Source: a virus. Taken from it: a stretch of 64,000 nucleotides of DNA. Below the pieces are notes generated by a model. The model ran no database searches. It was not told where the DNA came from and worked only from the letters and a program-made list of their open reading frames with translations. Where the stretch lies: IMG/VR virus record IMGVR_UViG_3300018984_000002, positions 38,777-102,776 of that record; one strand, given 5' to 3'. A program made the position numbers and the translations under genes. Shown piece after piece: positions 52,257-62,918 of this stretch (the stretch's first letter is position 1; every line of letters starts with the position of its first letter).

Positions 52257-52300
52257 GTCCGAAATAATAGCACAACCCTGAATCCCTTATTATTTCGGAC
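52257..52300. repeat. inverted pair of GTCCGAAA motifs (dyad element 2)
   Basis: GTCCGAAATAAT at 52257 and its complement ATTATTTCGGAC ending at 52300, intergenic. Confidence 0.85.
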
Positions 52301-52608
52301 ATTATATTTACTCTTCCGTCTTCATAGCAAAACGAATAGTCTCAGCTACAACCAAAGCGGCAGCCATTTCTGCTTCGTCATCGTGATAGCTGTAAAGCTT
52401 TTTGATATCTTTTTCAGGTTTAATCTTAACTACATAACGACCAGAATTTTCTATCTCTATAGATAATACTTCCTCATCATCAAAGGTTACATTTACACAA
52501 TCAAAAAATACTTGACATTGTAAATCAACATAATCAAATGTTGATTTTTGCCAATACTTTTTAATGATAGAAACTAGATGTTTCAATTTATCTTCCATGT
52601 TTTATATC

Positions 52609-54633
52609 CTACTGTGGAACAGACTCTAATTCGGCAACTACTTTAGATAACTTTGTGTAGTATGATCTTAATTCAGTTAAATCAGCTTCAGGGTTTAAGG
52701 GTTCTGGGTATGGTTCTAACTTAATGTTCTCGTATTTAGTAGATAATTCTCCAATAACTGCACGGGCTTTATCTTTTTGTTTTTGTTCAGGGTCTTCTCC
52801 TTGATCTAAGCGAAACAATAAAGTATTTACAAACTCTTCTGGATTCCATTTAATAGTACCTTCAACATCTCCTTCGATACTTGCGTTGTATCTTGCAAAC
52901 TCTTTAAAGCGAGGTGGTTTAGATACACGTAATACTTGTGAGTCTGTTCCATCTTTATTTGTTACAAGACTAGTTTCAATAGCAATATCAAATTCGTATT
53001 CAATACCATCTTTGAATACGGGTGCTAAACCTACTTTCAGTGCTTTTGTTTTAGTCTTTTGTGTTTTCCAGTCTAGATACTCTTCTTGAATAGTTTCACT
53101 CTTACAACGAAATGTGCAAATAACGTGACAAGATTTAGATGAAGAAATAGTCTCAATAGCTTTATTTACTTTAGGAGTAACAATGTTCCAAGCTTGTTGG
53201 TTTTTAGCTTGGTTGCCGCCAGTAAGTTTATTTATTTCATCTAATGCACCATTTGTTCCTGCCCAAAATTTAGATGTTGTATCAATAATAATTACGCCAT
53301 CTTTTCCTACATGATTTTCAGCAGATTTAAATGCATCTACTAAAGTATCCATACTATAATCCCCATCAAGGATTAAAGTATCAAAATCAAATCCAATACC
53401 ATCTTCACCCTTTGCGTAGATACTAGAAGTACCATTTTCTGTGTCAATGACAACTATAGGTTTACCACGAGATAGTAGTGTGGCTATCTGCAAGGACGAG
53501 TAGCTGTTATGAGTAACGATATAATTATCAGTTACATACATCTGAGAAGGATGGTCTATAGTAATACACTGTGCTTCAGATTGACCTATATATTCTATTT
53601 TTCGGATTTGGCGATAAGGTTTGTACTTTGTTTTAGGAGTATAATTTGCTAACTTGCGTGAAACAGTAAAAGGGATTATTGCTGGGGGTAACTTTAGAAA
53701 TAAACGATAATTCTTTTGTCCTTCTTTTTTCTGCCCCTTATAAGTATAGGAAGGAATACGATCCGAAAGAGCTACTAACCCTCCTAATGATTCTACTAAT
53801 TCCTTGACATTATAGGCTAATTTCTCAGAGGAAGTAGTATATTCTAACGTGTGTCCTCCGGTATATCCATCAGTATCAAGTAAACCTTGAAGTACAGCAA
53901 TTCGAGAATTTTTGTCTGCTGATAAATATTCAGGAGGAATAAATTTACCAATAGATAAATGTCCCATTAATCCGTATCGCCTTAAAGTACTCGTGACTGG
54001 ATTCTCGCCACTTTGAGCTTTTCGACGTATAAACCACGTAATGGGATTTAATTTATCCTGACGTAATTCAGTAGTGTCTGGAAGTAATTTTCTTACTTTA
54101 TCTATAATTTCAGTATCTGGAGTACAAATACCGATACAGTTTTGAGAGATATTTCCGTCTCCTAAAATGACTCCCAATAAGTAAGGGTCTAGCTTTAAAG
54201 AGATAGGATTAAATTGGATATCAGGATTTACCAGAGGAATATAATGATTAGGTCTTGTTTCTCGTAAATACAAAGTATCCTTAATTTCTAAGAGTGTTTT
54301 TACTGTTCCTGGTTTTTTAGTAGCTCGATCTAAAACTGTCTGGGTAAACCATAAATGATCCTCAGTACAGTCAGTGAAGCTACCGTCATTACAGTAAACT
54401 CGGTATATATCCTTGTTTCCTTGAGGATGAATCTGTAGAATTTCTGACACAGAACCATCTACAGAAATAATTTCATCCCCTTCTTCTAAGTCTCCCATGG
54501 CAACCCAGCCAGAAGGGGTTAAGACTTTGCTGTATAAAGGTTGGGCTTTACCACTTCCGCTAAGACCATATAAACAAATACGCGCTTTTAACTTACGCCG
54601 TGTAGCTACTTCAAATTCAAACTTTTTCGCCAT
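52609..54633 (-). CDS. AAA_24/Sak4-like recombination ATPase interrupted by an intein
   Basis: YGLSGSGK|S Walker A split by the intein; VIDTENG, IIIDTTS, GLAPVFKDGIEYEFD. Confidence 0.8.
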   Translation of the reverse strand: MAKKFEFEVATRRKLKARICLYGLSGSGKAQPLYSKVLTPSGWVAMGDLEEGDEIISVDGSVSEILQIHPQGNKDIYRVYCNDGSFTDCTEDHLWFTQTVLDRATKKPGTVKTLLEIKDTLYLRETRPNHYIPLVNPDIQFNPISLKLDPYLLGVILGDGNISQNCIGICTPDTEIIDKVRKLLPDTTELRQDKLNPITWFIRRKAQSGENPVTSTLRRYGLMGHLSIGKFIPPEYLSADKNSRIAVLQGLLDTDGYTGGHTLEYTTSSEKLAYNVKELVESLGGLVALSDRIPSYTYKGQKKEGQKNYRLFLKLPPAIIPFTVSRKLANYTPKTKYKPYRQIRKIEYIGQSEAQCITIDHPSQMYVTDNYIVTHNSYSSLQIATLLSRGKPIVVIDTENGTSSIYAKGEDGIGFDFDTLILDGDYSMDTLVDAFKSAENHVGKDGVIIIDTTSKFWAGTNGALDEINKLTGGNQAKNQQAWNIVTPKVNKAIETISSSKSCHVICTFRCKSETIQEEYLDWKTQKTKTKALKVGLAPVFKDGIEYEFDIAIETSLVTNKDGTDSQVLRVSKPPRFKEFARYNASIEGDVEGTIKWNPEEFVNTLLFRLDQGEDPEQKQKDKARAVIGELSTKYENIKLEPYPEPLNPEADLTELRSYYTKLSKVVAELESVPQ
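53506..54546 (-). mobile_element. class 3 intein with LAGLIDADG endonuclease (347 aa)
   Basis: Begins AQPLYSKVLTPSG, block B DHLW, LAGLIDADG motifs LGVILGDG and LQGLLDTDG, block F QCITID, ends VTHN before Ser. Confidence 0.9.
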
Positions 54634-55568
54634 TTTCTTTAATGTATTGTTCTTTGTTTACTAATGCACAAGCATTTATTAACTGCACATTGTTTTCTCG
54701 CCATGCAGGATTATTAGAGTTGGTATTGGGAATCAGTGTACCATCTTCATAAAATCTAATTTTAGGTACTTGAAACAACTTAACTCGCTCAAATTTTACA
54801 TACTCAATAGTATATATACGAGTTTGTCCATTAACTTCTCGTAGACGACCATTTTCGACTACAACACACTGGTCATACTTCTTCATATCATTCTCGGTCA
54901 TTTAACATCTTAAAAATAGCTGGTAGACTGAAATACCCTGGTAGATCAATATTCAGATATTCACCTAGTTTCATATTAAAATACTTGTCCATATTCATAG
55001 CTAGTGCGACAACAGATTGTGGACTCATACCCCAGATGATTGTATGTTGAGGGATTCCATGTAGTAACTCTTCTCTGAGTCCTCCACAATGCTCACGAAT
55101 GCAGTCTAGCTCATTGGTAAACACATCTCGATACATCCAACGTTTAGCAGAAATATGTTGCGCCTTAAGGTTTGTGTGATTGCAGATAAGCCCTGTTCGA
55201 GTATAAAGCTTGTCGTTGTACTCAATGAAAAACTCCCACTGCTCTGTGATGTCGTAAACGTAGCATAACATATCCAATGCTAATGTGGAGTCCGAAATAT
55301 AAGGGTTTATCTGGGGTTTTAATGTTTCTAAATCAAATCTAGACATAATGGTTTATTTTGGTTTATAAGTATGTACAAAAAAGACCCCCGAAGGAGCCTT
55401 TGAATTAAGGAGGAAAAGTGATACTTAATACTACTGTTTGTCTGTTGACTTTAGAAAAAGGTCAGTAACATCCTTTATAAATTCATTATCAAAATTAGTC
55501 CAAATAAATATAGTTGAGTATAGAACAAGCTCTAAAAGAACAGCTAAATAATACTCTTCCATTTACGT

Positions 55569-57032
55569 TTAAACCACATCATCAAACATAATGATTCCAA
55601 TATCTTTCTTTGCAGACTTGGGTCTAGGCAAATTATTTTTAAGCCATGTTACCAAAGCCTCTAAATCATTTTGGATATTAGGAGAAAAGGAATCTAAAGT
55701 GTTGTTGTATTTACTTCTAGCCTGTCCAATGCTCCATTCTCTAGTACTGAAATCAAACCTAATATCAACAGTGTATCTAAAGTTTTCTTGTCTTATTGAA
55801 AATATTCTGTGGTTTTCTCTAACATCATACCCGCCAACACAATGATGCTGATACTCTCCTTCTTCAATAAGTACTTGTCTAGTAAACAACTCTACTATTT
55901 CCCATTTGCTACCTAAACCAAAAGGTAAAGTATCTTTAGGTATTTCAATAGGCTCTACTAACCATTTACTGTTTTCTAGTTTCTTTAATTGAATAGATTT
56001 AATAAAACTTTCTTTGTTGTAACTATCCTGATTCTCTAAAAGTCCTATAATCCATAATCCGTGTTTTTTGATTAGGTTATTTATTTCTATATAAAGACTA
56101 ATTTGTTGATTTAAAGTCAAACCATTAAACAAATGAATCAAATCGTGTTCAGCTAAAAGTTTGTTTAAACCTGGTAATTTATCCTTCCAACTAGTGTTTA
56201 GATCTTTTAGATAATCTCTTGTTGTTAAAGAAAAAGTAATTAGTTCAGGATATTTTAGGATCTCTAATCTTAGTTCTCTTAAGGATTTTTTAACTCCTTT
56301 TCCATATAAGAATTTAAAAAATATAGGGTATTTATCTACAATTGAAAATCTAACTCCATTGAAATACCCTAAAATATAGTCAGGTAATAAACCTTCCTGT
56401 AAAGTATTTGGATAATACTTAAATTCAAATGAATCAGTGCAAAAAAACTCTGTATAATCTAGATTTAAATATTTCAGTGTAGATTCTTTAAGTGCAGATT
56501 TAAAGTTTTGATTTGTAGAAGTTAAATCATTATAGATTTTAAATAACTGTTCTTTATTTAAAAATAAGTATCCTTCCCACATCTTATGGGTCAACAATAA
56601 ATCACACAATACTAAATCTGGCAGATATATATTATTAAACTGTAATTGCTTAGTTTCTACTAACTCTATAAAACAATCTGGAATATTTATATTGAGTTTA
56701 TTGTCTACATAAGATACTGTTAAACAATTAAAGTTAGTAGTCCGGAAATAAGTAGCGCCATGCACATAGTCAATATCTACCCATACATAAGTATTTTTTC
56801 TAGTAACTTTGGCTAATGTTTCTTCGTGGGCTGAAACAGTACTATGAAAATTAATTAATGGTAATGGTTTGTTAGTGTTAAACAACTTATTAAAAACAAT
56901 AGTAGCTAAGTAGTCGCCGTACATTACGACTTTTTGAGATTGTAGTAGTTCTTTTATCTCAGAATTATTACACATCAATTCTTCGATATGGTTCTGTAAT
57001 AATTCCTTTATTTCATTGATACTAATAGTCAT
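55569..57032 (-). CDS. PcfJ-domain protein
   Basis: C-terminal LIEEGEYQHHCVGGY...IFSIR...YTVDI...QARSKYN. Confidence 0.7.
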   Translation of the reverse strand: MTISINEIKELLQNHIEELMCNNSEIKELLQSQKVVMYGDYLATIVFNKLFNTNKPLPLINFHSTVSAHEETLAKVTRKNTYVWVDIDYVHGATYFRTTNFNCLTVSYVDNKLNINIPDCFIELVETKQLQFNNIYLPDLVLCDLLLTHKMWEGYLFLNKEQLFKIYNDLTSTNQNFKSALKESTLKYLNLDYTEFFCTDSFEFKYYPNTLQEGLLPDYILGYFNGVRFSIVDKYPIFFKFLYGKGVKKSLRELRLEILKYPELITFSLTTRDYLKDLNTSWKDKLPGLNKLLAEHDLIHLFNGLTLNQQISLYIEINNLIKKHGLWIIGLLENQDSYNKESFIKSIQLKKLENSKWLVEPIEIPKDTLPFGLGSKWEIVELFTRQVLIEEGEYQHHCVGGYDVRENHRIFSIRQENFRYTVDIRFDFSTREWSIGQARSKYNNTLDSFSPNIQNDLEALVTWLKNNLPRPKSAKKDIGIIMFDDVV

Positions 57033-57050
57033 ATTTTTAAATAAATAAAA

Positions 57051-57081
57051 GCTCTTAGTGAATCACCAACTAAGAGCTTAT
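57051..57081. terminator. intrinsic terminator
   Basis: AAGCTCTTAG/CTAAGAGCTT stem with an A run on the left (T run on the - strand). Confidence 0.65.
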
Positions 57082-57138
57082 TCTTGTACACCTATACTCG
57101 ATTTATTTTAACGTCCAGATCCTCGGTTTTTCATAGTC

Positions 57139-57459
57139 TTAAGCTACTATCCAATTATCGTCTTCCATTATTACTACACTCTCAGCACCATCATACTCGT
57201 CGATTCTAAACTTAGTACCCTGAGGTATCCATTTAATTTCTAGTTCTCTAACATTACTGCCTATATAGACACCTTTGTTTGGGAATAATTCTTCTATTAA
57301 TTCTTCTGTAATTTCGTCATATCTGTTATTTTCAATTAATTCTACAAGTTCAGGATGAAAAATCATTTCTTTAACACTGTTGCTCCAACTATACCAACCA
57401 CTACCATATCCTGGGGAGTATAGTACAGCTACTTTACCATCACGAATTACTTTATCCAT
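57139..57459 (-). CDS. conserved phage hypothetical protein
   Basis: KVAVLYSPGYGSGW...WIPQGTKFRIDEYDG motif recalled from many phages. Confidence 0.6.
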   Translation of the reverse strand: MDKVIRDGKVAVLYSPGYGSGWYSWSNSVKEMIFHPELVELIENNRYDEITEELIEELFPNKGVYIGSNVRELEIKWIPQGTKFRIDEYDGAESVVIMEDDNWIVA

Positions 57460-57664
57460 AATTACAAATTAGTCTCCTGAATCGCTTGTGTAATAGTTTC
57501 GTCGCGCAATTGTTTATGTGCTGAGTGTAGTCTGTATTTTAGTTGATCTGCCAATACTTTAGCTTTTTGTAAGTCTGCGTTATAGTTAAAGTTTAAGCAG
57601 TTAAGTTCATTATTTAACTCAGCAATTTTATCAAGTAGTTCAGATACTTTGTTAGATAAATCAC

Positions 57665-58192
57665 TCATGTTAATACTTCTTTAAGTTGGTAATAACCTAA
57701 TTGACAAGCTACATACTCACAATCTTTTAAGTATTCTAACGGCTTCCATTCGTTGTGACTAATACTTTCAAAATAACTACCATCTTGAGTGGCTGTTTCA
57801 GGTTCTAAACCTGTTACATCTGCCCAAAACATAATACACATTTCATTTGTTTGAGTACCAACTACATAACTTGTTAATTCTTTAATATCTTTTTTATCTA
57901 TCTTATATCCAGATTCCTCAAGTGTTTCTCTTATAGCACAATCTATATAACTCTCTTCTGGTTCCATTCCCCCAGTAATAGGACAAGGGTATAGCTGCAT
58001 ATCCTGAGAGTTATCTATACATAAAGGTTGAAATCTTACTAAAACTTCCCAAGCAAGTGAGTTATTATTTCGGACTAGAAACACAGCTACTGAATCTGTT
58101 CCTTTACGTTCTAAATAATCAAAACCCTTTGGAGTACGTTTAACTTTAATCCAAGGAGTTTCAAAAATTATAATTTCATTTGTGTCATGCAT
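57665..58192 (-). CDS. NUDIX hydrolase
   Basis: Nudix box GGMEPEESYIDCAIRETLEESGY. Confidence 0.9.
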   Translation of the reverse strand: MHDTNEIIIFETPWIKVKRTPKGFDYLERKGTDSVAVFLVRNNNSLAWEVLVRFQPLCIDNSQDMQLYPCPITGGMEPEESYIDCAIRETLEESGYKIDKKDIKELTSYVVGTQTNEMCIMFWADVTGLEPETATQDGSYFESISHNEWKPLEYLKDCEYVACQLGYYQLKEVLT

Positions 58193-59033
58193 AATTAATC
58201 TACTTTCTCAAATCTATAATAGTTAGATTTAAACTCACCAATATAAGGACTACTAAGTGTTTCCATAAAATTATCTAAAGGTATAACCCAACCTGCTTGT
58301 TTTCTATTAAACTCCGAAAGATCTAAACCTAAATACCACATCAACCAACCTTCATCTTTATGATAAATTATTTCGTAATATTTACTAGATTCTGTATCCT
58401 TAACAACAAAACTAAAGTGTTGCCCTAACTCATTAATAACCTCTATCCAATTACCATAAATAATAAATTTCTTACGCTCACTAAGATACTCTGTATACGA
58501 GAGTTTACCTATTCCAATAATATTAGCAATATAGTCTTTGCCATCTTTTAACTTGTAATACCGCCATCTTTCTCCTGGCTGAGGTATTGGTCTAGTCATT
58601 AAATTTAACTTCCTTTCATCTTAGGTTCTTCTGTATGCATAGGATGCCAACCATATAATTCATCCATTGCCTCTTTTTGATACTCGACAAAATCAATTAA
58701 AGCATCTAACGGATTATCAAAACCTTCACCTTCTGTTTCATCTTCACTATCCATGCATCTAAATGCCCAATAGTATATACCTTCTTTTTCGTGAATTACT
58801 AGTTCTTCTGTATTGCTATTTATGTAGTCAAATAAATAATCATTTAACTCTTTTGTAAAAATATCCAAATTAAAATAAACTCCCTCTAGATATTCTTTTT
58901 AGAAATTCGTGCTTCCAACCATCACGGTATCTACTTTGAATATATTTTGCTTGTTTCATTTCTTCTTCATTTAGCCAATATCTTTGATAATCTATAACAA
59001 CTAAATACTTTTCATTTGTCCAACCTTTAGGCA

Positions 59034-59336
59034 TTAATTTAATTTCTCAATACTTATAGTTAACCCATATCCTTCTAATTGTTCTTTGTAGTGTTTAGCT
59101 GCTAATTCAGTGGTGATAACGACACTAGCTCTACCATTTTGATGTGCTTCTAACATTATTTCTTTACATTTTGTTTCACTGTATCCCATTACTTCACTTA
59201 ATGCATCTAAAACTATACCAGCATAAACATTATCATCGTTGTGTAAAATAACATTCCAATTACGATCTAAATTAACTGTAGGAATAGTGAAACTATTAGG
59301 TATAGTAGTAGGATTGTCTGGAATAGCTACTGGCAT
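59034..59336 (-). CDS. clpS: ATP-dependent Clp protease adaptor ClpS
   Basis: WNVILHNDD, IMLEAHQNGRASV and YGLTISIEK ClpS core motifs. Confidence 0.85.
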   Translation of the reverse strand: MPVAIPDNPTTIPNSFTIPTVNLDRNWNVILHNDDNVYAGIVLDALSEVMGYSETKCKEIMLEAHQNGRASVVITTELAAKHYKEQLEGYGLTISIEKLN

Positions 59337-59379
59337 GATTTTAATCCTTTTATATTATTTATTGAGAGAAAATATAGGG

Positions 59380-60003
59380 TTAGTTATCTATTTTTAATTC
59401 TTTAGCTATTGAATCAGCACACCCTTTACACATTAAAATTACTCCATAGAAAGTACTCAAATTTAATGGAGCTAAATAATGAGTGAGTCTACTCATAGCA
59501 TTACTTAAATGTTGAAAGTCTATTTCTAAATATTTTTCACATTCAGGAAAATTGCTTTCCCAAAGATGCACTAGTAACTCAAGTTTATTAGTTAATTCTC
59601 TATGATTTCTGATACTAATATTGTTACTTAACTCATAACACTCATTTAATACTTCATAGAATCTTCTGAAATAATTTAAAGCTATTCTGTCAGGAACAGG
59701 ATTATTTGTATTACTTTCTTTATTAAAGATTTTTAAACACCAACGAACATGACCTTCTAGTGCTTCCTGGTAAGTAGAATATCTTTCCATTTCTTCGTCA
59801 TACTTTCCTCCAAATACCATTGTTTCAAATAGTATTGGTGCGCCTGTATCTGCAAAATTATGATTCAATCCTAAAAATACTGTTGATACTAATACACCGT
59901 CTCTTTCTGTTTGTAGGATTACTCGATGATGATCTTTACTAGTTGCCCAAGTAGTAAGGTCTACAGCTTTAGGTGTTATACCGTCAAGAATATAATGAGT
60001 CAT
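59380..60003 (-). CDS. conserved phage hypothetical protein
   Basis: VSTVFLGLNH...LFETMVFGG...RYSTYQEALEGH motif. Confidence 0.6.
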   Translation of the reverse strand: MTHYILDGITPKAVDLTTWATSKDHHRVILQTERDGVLVSTVFLGLNHNFADTGAPILFETMVFGGKYDEEMERYSTYQEALEGHVRWCLKIFNKESNTNNPVPDRIALNYFRRFYEVLNECYELSNNISIRNHRELTNKLELLVHLWESNFPECEKYLEIDFQHLSNAMSRLTHYLAPLNLSTFYGVILMCKGCADSIAKELKIDN

Positions 60004-61046
60004 TTTGTTTTATTTAATGTAATAGGTTCAATACTTACATCTGAAGTAGGCTTAGAAGTATGAGTCCGAAATAATAGTTGTATGTATGTGTCTGATCTTG
60101 TTTCATCTAGTGTCCCTTTTATTACGGTAACGCCACCTACAGGTATCCACCCCTTATATTTCGGACTATTTAATTCGGTTTGCAAATCTAACAAAGAATA
60201 TTCAATTACGTACTTATATTTATCTTCACTCATTAGTTTTAAACTCTAAAACAATATTAAAATTGTGCAACTTAAAACAAACTTTTGGATGCCTGCATAC
60301 TACTTGATTTATTTTAAATTCATACTTCACTAAAAGATTAGCTCTGTAGTAATCTGTTTTATTGTTTTTAATTAAATTAATATAAATAGTATTTTTAATA
60401 ATATGTGTATCTAAAATTAGATAGTATTTACTGAGTTTAGTAACTACTAAATCATGTGTCATTTTATTTTATACAAAATCTATAAAGTCAAGTTTAGTAA
60501 CTAAACCTTTTTCACTATCCACACTTATTTTTCCTTGTGCTACTAACTGTGTTAAAACTCTGCATATTACTACTTTTCTATGATCTTTTGGCAATATATT
60601 ATAGAACTCGAATTTTTCTATTTCTTCAAAAGATATGGTAGATCCTACTGGTATATTCGGCGATACCAACCACCCCATGATTTCTTGTATATGCATTTCA
60701 AGATTTATCTGTTGTTGGTAATTTATTATTCCAAGTATCTTGTGTAGTATCAGCCATTGGTTTTAAGTAACCCCCTGCATCTATTTTTAATGAGTCTATA
60801 GCAAATAATTTAAAATTATTACCTAAATTAAAACATATATCACGAAATGATTTTGGGTACGCCGTTACAAATATTTGTCTACGATCACCTAACAATCTAA
60901 ATTCTTCATCGTTAGTAGTCAACAAAACAATGCCATTGATTTCTCCAATGGCTCTTATTTTAATTGCTTTATTGTTTATGCAAAGATCTTGTTTACGATA
61001 AAATGCATTTTCTATGTGCTGATTTCCTATTACTTCTCCTAATTTA

Positions 61047-61514
61047 TTAACCAACAATACCAACATCTTTTAGGTAACTAATAAACATAGCGATACTATC
61101 ACTTTCATGATCAGCATCAAATGAGATATTGGGAAAATATTTTAATACACCTAATTTTACTGAATTTTTATCTGCTTTACCATTCCCAGTTACTTTTTGT
61201 TTTATCTCACTAGGCTTGTACGTAACCACAACTGATATATTATTTATGGCAGTTAACAACAGTAAAATGGCAATTCCTTGTTGTACTTTATTTCCTGTTT
61301 CATGTCCTACTTTGTATACAGGTTTTTCGTATACCAGAGTTGTGATATTATAAGTATTAATTAAAGATTGTATCTTATTATATATTTGTTGCAATTGTCC
61401 TGGAAAGTTTGAACCAGTTGTAACAATTGTCCCACTTACAACAACTGATTTAGTGTTTAAGTCCCCTACACAATAACCTATATTTCGGTATCCAGGATCA
61501 ATTGCTAATAACAT
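61047..61514 (-). CDS. ruvC: Holliday junction resolvase RuvC
   Basis: LAIDPG, LVYEKP, IKQKVTGNGKADK and HESDSIA motifs. Confidence 0.9.
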   Translation of the reverse strand: MLLAIDPGYRNIGYCVGDLNTKSVVVSGTIVTTGSNFPGQLQQIYNKIQSLINTYNITTLVYEKPVYKVGHETGNKVQQGIAILLLLTAINNISVVVTYKPSEIKQKVTGNGKADKNSVKLGVLKYFPNISFDADHESDSIAMFISYLKDVGIVG

Positions 61515-62099
61515 ACATAAAGCATTAAATTAATACATACTATCCTATGCTATCTAATGTCTTAAAAATAGAAAGTCCAAACCCAAATACAGAAAACTCA
61601 AATAGCCATTTATCTTGTTTTATTTCAATATTTAGTACAGTCGGGAAATATAAGTGTAAAAAAGAATAATCTGTTTCGCCGTCTCCTAAACTTGCATCTA
61701 AACTAGGTAAAACTAAACTAAAACAAATAAAAGTTTTAGTAGCTATAAAGCTAAGTACTAAAAAAGTAAATATATTAGACATCTTGATTAAGTATATACC
61801 TAAGTAATTCAACAACCACTATAATGCTAGTTTCTTTTAAGTCTGTTGTATGAAAACAATATTTCCAGTAATCCGTTTTTGTTTTTAACCAAACAGAATG
61901 AGCTATAGACAAATTAATTTTTGCTAAGGGTTTCCCTAGATAGCTAACCTCTAAGTCTTCTGTGGATATCTTGTTTGGTTGAAACTTAAAAGAAAAATTA
62001 GCAGTATCTTGATTTAACTTTTCCAGATACTGCTTTATGTTACCTACTAATTTATTGTAATCAGACTGCATTTATTTTTCAAATACTCGCTATCTTATT

Positions 62100-62255
62100 T
62101 TAGCCATCTTTTTTATTCCATTGTTGAATCGTTTCGTTTGATCTATTGGTATCTTCTTTTGCCCTATCATCATTTTGTTTTTGAAGTTCTTGTTTATCTA
62201 CTTCTGTGTCGTATTCAGGGCGAGAATTGTCGTTTTGATTTTCTGTATTTGGCAT
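62100..62255 (-). CDS. 51-aa charged/acidic protein (not in ORF track)
   Basis: MPNTENQNDNSRPEYDTEVDKQELQKQNDD... Confidence 0.45.
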   Translation of the reverse strand: MPNTENQNDNSRPEYDTEVDKQELQKQNDDRAKEDTNRSNETIQQWNKKDG

Positions 62256-62918
62256 TCTAGTAAACCGCTATACTAAATGCTTTTATTTTAGTATACTTAC
62301 ATTTCAATTAAGTACTTCTTTAATACCTTATATTCGGACTCTGGTATTACTTCTACATTATCGAGTCTAACTGTACGAGAATCTTCCTCAAAAATATAAC
62401 CATCCCCAAAAGGATTTTCTTCACCTGTACCGAGAAGGTTTGATGCTATTTGGTTTGCTATTTTCCATTCGTCTAATTCATCATCAATAGTTTTAACACA
62501 TAACTTACTGTACTCCGTCTCACAGTCAATAATAGTTAAGTCAATAAATAAATATTTCATATATTAAAAAAGCGAGACAATACAGTATATTCAGACTCAG
62601 CTATATTTCGGATATAACCTACATTTGTTAGTCTATAGTCATCCTCAAAAGCAAAATGTCCAAATAACTTAGTGCTTTTTTCATCTTTATCTTTAGATAA
62701 ATAAGTACTAGCTATCTCATTGGCTTTTGTTTGTATATCTTCATTTTCATTTAATGAGACAGCAGACCAATCGCTATACTCAAATTTACCATCGTAGATA
62801 ACTATCTGAACTAAATAGTATTTCATATTTGCTTTTACCAAAGAAAAGAAATCCCCTGGTTAGTCCAAGGGATTCCTAATTTACTATGTCACTTTAGTAG
62901 ATGTCTAGGTGACCGGGA

